Positions 37,843-48,311 of a DNA stretch of 64,000 nucleotides are shown one piece after another. Position 1 is the stretch's first letter; each line of letters opens with the position of its first letter. A program made the translations under genes and the position numbers. The notes under the pieces are model-generated. The model saw only the letters and a program-made list of their open reading frames with translations. It was not told the DNA's origin and searched no databases. The stretch is from Microthyrium microscopicum (lineage: Eukaryota): the NCBI GenBank assembly GCA_010405405.1, contig MU004236.1, positions 570,576 to 634,575 of the forward strand, read 5' to 3'.

Positions 37843-38864
37843 ATGCCTCCACCACCCTTGAGGGGAGATGTTTCAAGACAAGAAGAGCTTTTCCGTGCTG
37901 TTCGAAGTGTGGATAGATGGACTTTAATAGACTGTCTTTTCAATGTCATCCGCCAGAGTCCTCGGGCGCAGGAAGTGATTGCTCAATTGTTATTTACAGA
38001 GACCTATTACGAGACGGACGACACCCGATCCGCATCATCTGAATATGAGCCTGAAGAAGAGGACGGTTGGACCGCCGACGAGAAAGAGGAGGAGGAAGCT
38101 GAGGCAGAGCGAGAAGCTGAAGCAGAGCGAGCAGCCGAAGCAGAGCGGCGAGCAAGGGAACAGGAATCTGAGCAGGAAGATGAAGAATATCCGGAAGCAT
38201 TTGACGAAGATGAAGGCCATTATGATGAAGTTGATGAAGAGGAAGAGGAAGAAGAAGCGGCTCCAATTACAACCTATAAACGGAAGCGCGTGGCCAGCGG
38301 AGCTGCTATCTATCAAATAGCTCAAACAAAGCGTGCAAAGATTGCTAATGACAGGGCTGCCACTTATCAACCAGTGCATCCGATATGTCGCTTGCGATAT
38401 CAACTTTGTCGCAATTGCAAAACACAATTTGATCATGAAGGTGGGTTGTCTATCAAAGTGGCCCTCAAGAGGTCTATTCAGCACTTCTCCTCTATTCTGA
38501 ATGGCTCTGGCCAACCTTTGTATACGTCTGCGACCAATATTATGGACTCACAGCGCACGGATGTCTGTGCCTTGATCTTATACTAACGCAAACCAGATAA
38601 CCATAGGAACTCTTGTCTTCGACATCGAGGTGAGTTCACAACCTTAGATCAACGTGAAAGTAATCCAGCTGATATATTTCGCCTTTGTGTCTAGGCCATA
38701 AAGAGGCTATCCAAGAAGCTGAAGTATGGGATGGTATGGACGATTGTCGTGGACGTCTCATTGATTGGGCTGATGACGAGGAATATGCGGAGGGTTTTGA
38801 GTGGACTTGCTGCGGACGTTTTGGGAGTAATCTAGGATGTGTAGTCTCCCAGCACAGAGGTTGA
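37843..38864 (+). CDS. Zinc-binding hypothetical protein, tandem paralog 1 of 3 (3 exons)
   Basis: YETDDTRSASSEYEP, acidic tract, KRKR, CRNCKTQFD; spliced NHRNSCLRHRG and YAEGFEWTCC...GCVVSQH. Confidence 0.75.
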
Positions 38865-39362
38865 AGTGGTAGCACCAGTCAGAAAAACGTTTCATACTTG
38901 TAGAATTCCTTTGGCTGTTGAAGATGCATGGCTGATCCTGTTTCCTTGAAATTCCAGACCTTTGAAGCGGTTGCTGAAACTTGGAGGTGTAACGGCTTTG
39001 CGTTTAATTGTGAACAATTCTACAACACACATTTCTCTAATCTCATATTTATGCCTTATCTGTGCTTGCCTCCACTGGCAACGAAATATGGTTTAGAGAG
39101 ATGTGGTTGGGCATCAGGCTGAGCAGACGAGGCTGCATTGATCGATTATCCTTATGATTGGTCAAATTATCTGGGCCCGAGCTACAGTAAGTATTTACAG
39201 TAGGGACCGACGCGTCAGTACAGGTAAGCGCGCCGCACTCCTTAAAGTACTTACACACAGAATCGCGCAGCTCTATACGTCATATGAATCGGTATATCAT
39301 TACATCTTCTTATAAATACTATTCTGTGACGCGTTTGCTTCATCAAAAGGACATTTGACCAC

Positions 39363-40363
39363 ATGGAGAGATCATCCCAGCTCACTGAGCTCAGCGAGGC
39401 AGTCCGAAGTCTCAGCCGAGATAGGCTGGTGAACTGTCTACTCCAAGTTATTACCGAAAATCAAAAGGCTGAGAAGACAGTTTCGCACCTGATCATGACT
39501 GAGGAGTCATATAGCTCTGATGAAACCCGGTCCGCCGCTTCCGATTACGACCCTGACGCCGAAGAAGGAATGACAGAAGAGGAGAAGGATGGCGAGGACG
39601 TGGAACAAGATTTAGACGACGACGATGATATCTCTGTAGATAGCTGTGGAGTACCTACTGAGAGATACAATAGAAGCTGGAAAAGAAAGCGGGCGGACAG
39701 CTGGGCTTCCCATCAGCAAAAGCGCGGAAAGCGTTTCGAAAGATGTTGCAACTGCAAGGAGGAATTTGACACTATTGGTACGTTTTTATGGTCTGAACCA
39801 TGAGGCTTTGAGCCCTTTATTGCTACTTGAATTCAAGAAGATCAGGATATCGCTATGTTTATCTTGGACATCGGTATCATTTTGCTGCTTAGCGCGCATC
39901 TGAGATAGAGTAGTACTGTCACTAACAAGCTTTCTAGATAATCATAGGAACTCCTGCCTCAGACATCACGGCAAGTCCCGATACGAACAATGGTTAAGAT
40001 CTCATATAGCTAACTCAATGTTTGGTATCCAGGAATCAAACAGGTAGATAACGAGAACGGTTTTTGGGACGACCATGAAGCAGGCTTCGGAGAACCCGAG
40101 ACCTTGGAAGATGAAATTGACTATGCTGAAGGGTAGGTCATCGATACTAAAAGCTTCTTCCCTCTGCAATCAGCATATGTTTATGGACGAGACGTCGTGC
40201 ATGCACATCTTCGATGAATCTACAATTAGGTCAATGTCTGTAACATTGGCCTTGAACGTTCAATGAAAGCTGTGCTAACATGTGGCGTTATAGATTTATC
40301 TGGACATGCTGTAATAGACTCAGCCCAAATGAAGGCTGTTTGGTGAGCAAGCATAAGGCATGA
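39363..40363 (+). CDS. Zinc-binding hypothetical protein, tandem paralog 2 of 3 (4 exons)
   Basis: YSSDETRSAASDYDP, KRKR, CCNCKEEFD; spliced NHRNSCLRHHG, FWDDHEAGFG, YAEGFIWTCC...GCLVSKH. Confidence 0.72.
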
Positions 40364-40981
40364 AGTGGTACTCGTACCGCTGTAGAGAAGGACAGACAAA
40401 CTTGAGCTTTTATTGAGACTTGTGGAATGATTAACCAGGTACCTACTACAAATTAGTACTAGAGTCTACATCTGTACATAGTGATCACTAGATACTGAAA
40501 AGTTACTAAATGCTAGAATCATTCCCCAATACATGAGCTTTGAACAGACTCGTTAATCAATGACATTGCACTCCTAGAACGGCTTTAGCTATCCTCAACC
40601 GCTATGCAAAAAGTGCCGATTTCCCTTCAAAATCTACCATCCATCGAGAGGTAAGCAACTAATATGGCGATCAACGCGCTCAATATAGTACATACCTAGG
40701 TACCTGGTCAATGATTAGTCAATGCTATGTCTGACGGCATCAGGCTGGGCTGACAAGGCTGGAGGCTACGCGTGCAATGATTGGCTTGGATTTCCCGGGG
40801 GCTGTTGTAAGTGGCTAGCCTAATATTGGACTGCAGTGTATGGAAGGAACGCGTTGATTCAACTTGCAAGCGGTCTCTCGTGACAGAGTAAGTTTGGTGG
40901 GGCTTTTGCGTTAGAGTCTTCTCAAAAAATTCACTTATCATGTCGTAGGTTCGTAACACGCCATACGACTAATCAACCTCA

Positions 40982-41881
40982 ATGCCGCGAAACAATGGAC
41001 CCGCCGGTGCAGCAGAAGTCTGCAATGCTATTCGCAATCTCAGCCAAGAAAAACTGGTCGAATGCCTGACCGCGGCTGTTTGCGCAAGCAAGCAAGCAGA
41101 AGCTGTGGTCGCGGACATGGTCATTACCACTGTCTCTTATGACAGCGATGAAACTCGATCTGCTGCTTCAGATTTTGACCCCGATGAGGACGACGAAAGC
41201 GAATCAGACGATGACGAAAGCGACAGCGACAGTGTCATACTGGTGGATAGCAAAGGGGTGCCGACCAAAGAACAGATCTCTGGATCCAAGCGAAAACGTG
41301 CTGAGAGCATGGCTGTTCATGACCCGAAACGTCGAAAGCGATTCGAGATTTGCAAGAACTGCAATGAAGAATTTGATCACGAAAGTAAGACATACTCTCT
41401 TTATCCTGGGCTCGACCAGAGGATTCTATCATCTGACTAACATGCTTAGACAACAGCAGGAACTCTTGCCTGCGACATGAAGGTAGGCGAGCATAAACAA
41501 TGACAAGCCCTTTAAAGCAACTAACTCCTCTTTGCTAGACATGAAAGTTGTGGACACTGACTCCAGTGTTTGGGCTGACCACGATGAGGCATGCCATGGC
41601 AATTACGAACACTTCATTGACGATCCTGTGTACGCTGATGGGTAAGAAGATCCTGCTATAATCCCTTCTCATTTGCTGGCATTACTTGAAATCACGTGCA
41701 GTTCCGTGTGCCATTGCTCTGGCTTAATGCTGGAAACAGACATATCTTCAGGTGTCTGATAGCTTAATGCCGACACCATTCTTGAGACGAGAAGTATACT
41801 GACGAGTCAAGTTTCATGTGGGAATGCTGTGACCGTCCCTCCACGAGCAAAGGCTGCAAGGTGAGCCAGCACCGGGCTTGA
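40982..41881 (+). CDS. Zinc-binding hypothetical protein, tandem paralog 3 of 3 (4 exons)
   Basis: YDSDETRSAASDFDP, KRKR, CKNCNEEFD; spliced NSRNSCLRHE, WADHDEACHG, YADGFMWECC...GCKVSQH. Confidence 0.75.
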
Positions 41882-42376
41882 AGGGCGATAAGATATGTAT
41901 ATGATATGATATGATAGGGAGCGGGAGAGCTTCTTAATTACAGGCAACACGATCATTCTACACATATGCTCTATCGGGGACCTGTATTTACGGACATTCA
42001 CTACGCCCACGAACACCAAATTGTACCAATTGTGATACTTTATATCTATGATTATAGTATTCAATCTCTGAGATCTTTCTCCAGCCTGAAAGTTTCAATT
42101 CTATCTCATGTCCGTTGCGTCTTGAACCTCTAAGTCGATGAAAACCTTTTACCCCTATTGCCAGACCATCGCCATCACGCTGATATTCTAACAACCAAAT
42201 ATATGCCTCTTTACGAGAGGCGGCTCTTCTGAACAAAATGTGCCTTTCTATTCATGTTGGTACCGAGCTTCGAGAATTTGTGTGAAGCCATAGGTCAATT
42301 CCAGCTGAACAAATCTCCTATGCCTTGGTCTTTACATTCCTCAGAAAAGTTGTGCTGATTCCTGATCACCAACCTC

Positions 42377-43963
42377 TCACGAAGAGATCGGCAGACTTGA
42401 AATTATCTTTTTCAGGTCCCAAATAGACTCTGGTGTTTCTAATGATTCAAAGCGAGTCGCACGAACCTCTCCTTGGGGACTTGCTGGAGCGCTCGACCAC
42501 CGATGTCCCGTATATGTGTAGAGAAACTCATACACAACAGAAGTATCTCCGGGATTGCGAAGAACTACTCCAGTCAGCTTTTGCCAGATCTTCGACGACT
42601 GTTCCCGAAAATTGATGAAGCATTGACGCCGGAACCTGGAAGGTTGCGAATAATCAAGCATGATGATTTCTTTGGGCTTCAATGTGAGAGAGTATCGGGC
42701 GATGCTGAACGGCTCGGTCAATGCAAACAGAACGCAAGACTGTCCAATATCCGCAGATACAATCCATTCATTAGTCGGAAACTTCTTGGCATAGTGTGCG
42801 TAGACTGGCTTGCCATCGTATGGGCCGGGGACATTGTTGTGAATCGTGGAATCGAAGAGTTTCATAGCAAAGTCGGGAAAGATGCTCGCCACGTCGCTAT
42901 ATGAAAGATTCAGCATTGCTTCAGCTTTTGTGTCGTGCTGGCCCATATTGATGACAAGATTATTGATCTGTTTCAACGTCCAGCCTTGGTTGCTAAGGTA
43001 TTGGAAAAGCACTGCTGCGCCATAACTCTGCTTAAAGAGAGATTCGGAAGGAAGATAAGACACAATGGAACCTTTGCCCGGTACTTGATGTCGAGGGACG
43101 GCTTGTCGGCTAAAAAACTCAGCTGCCCCTTCCAGCCACCACTGAGTCCAATCCCCGCCGTAAAATTTGAGTTTCCAGGAAAACTGAATGCAATGATAAA
43201 ATTCGTGGGCAACAACAAGGTGTAATTCGATGTCTCGAGTCGCCTTCTTAGGTCGCTGCGCAATCGTGACGTTGAAGCTCTCACACTGCGTGTCACTTTT
43301 CTTATAGTCTCCTAGGGATATTCCTGGTTGGGCATGGCCAAGTACGCCTTTTACGGCTACATCAGTGTAGAGTATTCTGATTAGTGACGGACCCGAGTCA
43401 TTGAATAATCCATCAAACGTCTTGAGGGCGCGAAGAGATCCTCTTTGAATCGATTTGACTGCAGCCAAAGGATCTTCGACTTCAGGGGGGCTCACCGCCC
43501 AATTTGCTACGGAATGCCATACTTTGATGGGGAAGCGATCATGGACTTGGAAGAGAGTACATCCGTTTCTCGAGCATTGATGGGGTAGGTAAACGTAAGC
43601 TTTGGTCAACTCACAGCTACCTGGATCAGAAGCTCCGCTGACGGGGCCTAGAAGAGTGGCTCCGTTCTCGTGGTCTGGATGAGTTGTTCCTTTCTCGGGG
43701 TCTGGATTGGATTTCTTTTTCTTCGAGGCGCGATCAAATTTCCCTTTCTTCGAGGCGCGATCAGATCTCCCTTTCTTGGAGGCACCATTAGATTTCTCTT
43801 TCTTGGAGGCGCCATCAAAGTTCTCTTCCTTCCAGAGGCTGACAAATAGCATGACTGATAGCAGCAGGACACCGATGAATGTCCAGGATTCCTCAAATGA
43901 CTTGAGCGATGATAACATCTTGAGCAACATATGTGTGATGGACATGCTGAAAGCGACAAGCAT
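42377..43963 (-). CDS. Intronless putative gluzincin-type zinc metallopeptidase with N-terminal membrane anchor, paralog A
   Basis: First ATG at 43963; hydrophobic N-terminus; AHEFYHCIQF followed ~20 aa later by WWLEGAAEFF (HExxH plus ExxA third ligand). Confidence 0.7.
   Translation of the reverse strand: MLVAFSMSITHMLLKMLSSLKSFEESWTFIGVLLLSVMLFVSLWKEENFDGASKKEKSNGASKKGRSDRASKKGKFDRASKKKKSNPDPEKGTTHPDHENGATLLGPVSGASDPGSCELTKAYVYLPHQCSRNGCTLFQVHDRFPIKVWHSVANWAVSPPEVEDPLAAVKSIQRGSLRALKTFDGLFNDSGPSLIRILYTDVAVKGVLGHAQPGISLGDYKKSDTQCESFNVTIAQRPKKATRDIELHLVVAHEFYHCIQFSWKLKFYGGDWTQWWLEGAAEFFSRQAVPRHQVPGKGSIVSYLPSESLFKQSYGAAVLFQYLSNQGWTLKQINNLVINMGQHDTKAEAMLNLSYSDVASIFPDFAMKLFDSTIHNNVPGPYDGKPVYAHYAKKFPTNEWIVSADIGQSCVLFALTEPFSIARYSLTLKPKEIIMLDYSQPSRFRRQCFINFREQSSKIWQKLTGVVLRNPGDTSVVYEFLYTYTGHRWSSAPASPQGEVRATRFESLETPESIWDLKKIISSLPISS
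43715..43818 (-). repeat. Coding 27-bp tandem repeat (~4 units) in paralog A
   Basis: Encodes DGASKKEKS-NGASKKGRS-DRASKKGKF-DRASKKKKS. Confidence 0.8.
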
Positions 43964-45432
43964 TATGATCGCGAGGAAAGGGCAATTGCTGACTTGTGGA
44001 CTGTATATTGAAACCACAGGATTGGTGTCAATGTGGGTTTTGGGTATAGAGAGAGCTGAGGAGCCACGGTCCTATCATTGTCTGACTATATACTTTGGGA
44101 ATCTCAGCTGCCTGGCGAGCATCACTCGAAGTGACTGGAGACTGCACCTCAGATAGTCGGGTACAAAGACATGGTTCGTGTTGCATGTTGCTCACTTGGA
44201 GATTATGTCTTTAATGCTCAGAGTGACTGATATTCACCTTGCCTGCTGAGGTTGATAGAGGCATTGTCTTTGAACAAAGACATTGTTCTAGAACCATGAT
44301 CTTTTTGTACTTTGTGGTATTAGCTTAAGGGAATGGGAGAGTTGATGTTCGCACACGCGAGCGTGGGCATAATAGTGTATTCTGCATTGCATTCTATAGA
44401 TCCACGTAACTCATGACTAGTAAGAACACTGACCACGAGCAGGTAAAAGGAATAGCATGGTCTCCTCGACTTAGTTGGCTGGCTCTTTATGAAAAGTCAA
44501 GGATGAGCTCTTTATATACCGCAATGCTTAGAGAAACAACATGTGGGCTATGCCGGTCGTCCAGCCCAGCGTTCAGTCGCACTCTTATAAAGAATAACAG
44601 GTCAGCTCTGGGAAGTGATACGTGATGACCGACACCATAGTCCACAGTTTTCTCAAAACAAAGCCTAGAGAACAAAGCTGATAGCAAAAGAGCTATATGG
44701 GTACCACGCTTCTATAAAATTGTTAGCAATGAATATGATTAAGATAGTGTAGATTAAGAACAGAGGTGAGAAAGAACATAGCAGTTTCTAGAGATTGCTC
44801 ACATCACAGTGGCATGATACGGCGAGTGTACTCGAGATCCTGATCCACTGGTCTCTTATCGTTGGCACATTGAGATTTCCACTTCCTACAATCGATTGCT
44901 TACATAGTTGAGAAGTACCGAAACATTGACCAAGCAAAGAACGCTGTTAGTCCATCATATTTAGCACATCAAAATATGAAACGATCAGGCCTATATCTAG
45001 GTTGTTTCCCATTTGTAACTTGCAGCTATTGATAATAAAATTCCAGTCCTATTTCTAACTCGGAATCCGATTCCACGAAGAGACCAAGCTCGAATCTGCT
45101 GTGATGTTTTGTCAACTTCTGAAAGTACTGATGAAACCTCTCCTCCAGTATTAGGCGGTCTGCCTATTATATTGTGTTGGCAATTGTAACTCATGTTCTA
45201 TGAATGGGGACGTATGACTGAGACACGGGGCCCGAAACCATGCCAGCGATCTGCGAAGAGCATGCATTGACGACAATAGCTCATCTCCAGTCAAGATGGA
45301 CGCTGCAACTGAATTTATGAAGCGCTTCATGAGATCCACGAACAGTGTGCTCTCAACAAATGCAGCATGGCGATATTTTTCAAACTAGGATAAAACGTGA
45401 TAGAACATCATTGAGCGACAATCCACTCCTCA

Positions 45433-46911
45433 CTACCAGAAACGCCAGTCACGGGTACCGATTGGCTTGCGAATTTGGTTTTCAATCACTACAAGACCAG
45501 GGAAAGTCTGTTTGACGCGGGTAGCGTGGATTTTCACCCGCGGAGCCTCCGAAGCGGAGAGATTGCCAGTATAGGTGTAAAGTAAATCATACCCGACAGA
45601 GGTTTTATCATCAGCTTCAAGAATGGCTTCATCAAGGACCTGCCAGTTACGATCCAAGCGTTGACGAAATTGGATCAAGCATTGGCTGTGGCAGATATCC
45701 GGTTGCTTGTACTTCAGCTTGATTGTTTCATTTGGCTGTACCCAGAGAGAATAGCGAGCAATGCTGAACGACTCGGTGGAAGCTTCCAATGAGTATTGCT
45801 CAACGTTGGCAAGTCTATTCCATCTACTCCATACGTTGCGGGTGAACCGCTGGTCGTAGTCCGACCGCACTGGCTGATGGTGTGACCCTTGTGCGTCGTA
45901 GTAAATCGCCGAGTCAAATAGTTGTGCAGCGAATCTAGGAAACAGGCCAGCCAGGTCGCTATGGGCAAGACGGTTGATAGCTTCCTGCTCGTCTTTCAGT
46001 TTTTCCGCACTGTTTCCTAAGCCGTCGATCTTCTTGAACGACCAGCCTTGATTGCTAAGGAACTGGAAGAAGATTCCTGCATCATGCCTATGGCGGTAGA
46101 GAGGCTTTTGCGGATCGTATACATCAAACCAACTTCTGAATGTTCTACAACCTGGAGAGACTTGTTCGCCGAAGAACATTGCTGCTCCTTCAACCCACCA
46201 TTCTGACCAGAGCTCAATAGGTTGCATTTGATGAGATTTCTCGAGGTTGAAATACTGAGTGCAATGATAAATCTCATGCGCGATTATGTGTTGTAAGCAT
46301 ATGTCACGAGACAAGTCGTTGGGTCGAGCAAATACCGCAACCTCGCAACTCTCTAGATCGAGCTTTCCAGGAATGATCGTCAAGGTTCTCGGGTGCAATC
46401 CTTTCATGGTATGTCCCGCAGATGCATGGCCTGAGCTATCACTTCTAATGCTGACGTCGGTATAGAGTATTCTAATTGTCTTAGAGCTCAAGCTTGGTAT
46501 CAATCCATCGAAGGTTTGGAGAGCAGCGATAGCTCCATTTTCGACCGAAGTCATTGCAACTGAATGGTCCGCGTAGCTCAGATGACTTAGCGACCATTCT
46601 GGACTCCTAGAATGCCATAATCTGACAGGGTAGCTGTCGAGTCTCGACCAGAACGCACAAATGTGGTAGCTTGAAGTATGTTGTACGTAGGAAAAGGATG
46701 TACATCCGGTTCTAGTGAGTATGTCCCACTGATTTCGACGGGAAACTTCTCCTATGAACGGCTTGGTTGATGCTACTGGTAAGAGGTAATAAGCTGTTAG
46801 GTTGTATACGATCAAGCCGACAGTGGCGCATGTGAACAAATAAAGCCAATATCTTAGCAAGCGATCGATGATGCGACCAAAGCGTCGTACGATGTCCATG
46901 AAAGAGGGCAT
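45433..46911 (-). CDS. Intronless putative gluzincin-type zinc metallopeptidase with N-terminal TM helix, paralog B
   Basis: TM WLYLFTCATVGLIVYNLTAYYLL; AHEIYHCTQYF and WWVEGAAMFF. Shares ALxTFDGL, IRILYTDV, FQxLSNQGW, FSIARYSL and LYTYTG with paralog A. Confidence 0.72.
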   Translation of the reverse strand: MPSFMDIVRRFGRIIDRLLRYWLYLFTCATVGLIVYNLTAYYLLPVASTKPFIGEVSRRNQWDILTRTGCTSFSYVQHTSSYHICAFWSRLDSYPVRLWHSRSPEWSLSHLSYADHSVAMTSVENGAIAALQTFDGLIPSLSSKTIRILYTDVSIRSDSSGHASAGHTMKGLHPRTLTIIPGKLDLESCEVAVFARPNDLSRDICLQHIIAHEIYHCTQYFNLEKSHQMQPIELWSEWWVEGAAMFFGEQVSPGCRTFRSWFDVYDPQKPLYRHRHDAGIFFQFLSNQGWSFKKIDGLGNSAEKLKDEQEAINRLAHSDLAGLFPRFAAQLFDSAIYYDAQGSHHQPVRSDYDQRFTRNVWSRWNRLANVEQYSLEASTESFSIARYSLWVQPNETIKLKYKQPDICHSQCLIQFRQRLDRNWQVLDEAILEADDKTSVGYDLLYTYTGNLSASEAPRVKIHATRVKQTFPGLVVIENQIRKPIGTRDWRFW

Positions 46912-47115
46912 ATCTGTGGCTCAGAAGTGATTGGCAAGAAATCCGAATTGCAAAACTGGCGGTGAGATGGTTTCGCGGGTACTTGAGAGTGTTGGAGCTG
47001 TTTTAAATCGGGAGCTATACGCTAAGACAATATATCCGGGAGAGAATGACAGTTACCTTGCAGACACGAGTAACATTGATCGGAGTGAAAGGAGACTTCA
47101 CCTCAGAACTGTCCA

Positions 47116-47217
47116 AGACAAAAGACATGATGGGCATACGGGTGGAAATGATAGCTGCCTTGCAGACAAAAGACATGATGGGCATACGGGTGGAAATGAT
47201 AGCTGCCTTGCAGACAA
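47116..47217. repeat. Perfect 48-bp tandem direct repeat (2 copies plus partial)
   Basis: AGACAAAAGACATGATGGGCATACGGGTGGAAATGATAGCTGCCTTGC at 47116 and 47164. Confidence 0.9.
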
Positions 47218-47426
47218 GATAGACCTCTACCGGAGTGACAGGAGACTTCAGATCAGACCTGTCCCATACAAAGATATGAATGGCTTTGTACTTTCTTTCT
47301 TATGCACAATGGTATTGTGTCAAAGACAGCGTAATGACAGTTAAGACATGAATATATCGCATCACGTCCTGGAGGTATCAAGCCCCTATCCCAACACCCG
47401 CATACATTCTAGACAGTATTTTAGCA

Positions 47427-48014
47427 ATGGACCAAAGCATAGATTACACAGAGCTCTTGGGACTCGAGCTAACCTATAACCCAGATGGGCTCCTGAAATG
47501 CATAGGAACCCGCGATGTCAACGGACAAGAAGTACCATGCCCCAACCTTGCCCAGGGAACTTGGAATCCAGCCCAAATCCAAGGCTACTGGAAACGTTGC
47601 GCCGAGGATCCCATTCCCGACGAACCAATCCCCGGATACGAAGATCGCTACTACAACATTGGACAGTTCGTCTACACCTTGTTCTGCCTAGACGATGAGT
47701 GCAACGAAACACGGTGGTTTATCTACAAAAAGGTAACAGCCAGGTGGCAGACGCTCGGAGTAATTCTTCGCAAGCGAGGGCTTGCAGCCCACAAGCCAGT
47801 CGGTGCTGACGATGAGTGTCCTATTTGCCGTGAGGATATGGCAAATGAAGGAGAGCTGACCTGGTGTAGCAAACAGTGTGGAAACAACTTCCACAAGGAG
47901 TGTATTGATGAGTGGCATCATGTTTCCAACACAAAGACTTGTCCTTTGTGTAAGTCTGCATGGAGAGGCATTCAATGGTTCGATTATTTGAAAATGTCTT
48001 TCAGCTGGATTTGA
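47427..48014 (+). CDS. RING-finger protein (putative E3 ubiquitin ligase), intronless
   Basis: C-terminal CPICREDM...LTWCSKQCGNNFHKECIDEW...TCPLCKSAW; N-terminal CIG...PCPN motif. Confidence 0.82.
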   Translation: MDQSIDYTELLGLELTYNPDGLLKCIGTRDVNGQEVPCPNLAQGTWNPAQIQGYWKRCAEDPIPDEPIPGYEDRYYNIGQFVYTLFCLDDECNETRWFIYKKVTARWQTLGVILRKRGLAAHKPVGADDECPICREDMANEGELTWCSKQCGNNFHKECIDEWHHVSNTKTCPLCKSAWRGIQWFDYLKMSFSWI

Positions 48015-48311
48015 ATAGGACTAGAGCCTTTGATGCTGGTCCATCAAAGCCTTTGTCTTCAATAGCTGATTGCTTTATAATTAATCTGTGTTGTTATTAG
48101 CAAACGTTGAGGAAGAAACCGGTCAAATAACCAGAAATAAAAACGTGTTCAGAAAATAATAATGTGTTCAAAAATGACAATGTGACCGTCGTATGATCTA
48201 GAGTAAGAAATCGTTATGTCTATGCCCAAGGGTAGTGGTGAGTATTATTCTAATGTGGTATCACCAAGTGCTTTGATCTCCGTCTACATATATCGTACAA
48301 TCCATGGAGTA

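Larger units (their letters stand above)
37690..40854. promoter_or_regulatory. MCB (ACGCGT) boxes in the promoters of all three tandem paralogs
   Basis: ACGCGT at 37690, 37719, 37821 (paralog 1), 39210, 39329 (paralog 2), 40768, 40849 (paralog 3). Confidence 0.6.

Noticed and set aside
46931..47344. 137-aa ORF containing a duplicated 16-aa unit
   Set aside because: Better explained by the 48-bp tandem repeat in the intergenic promoter region; non-ATG start.
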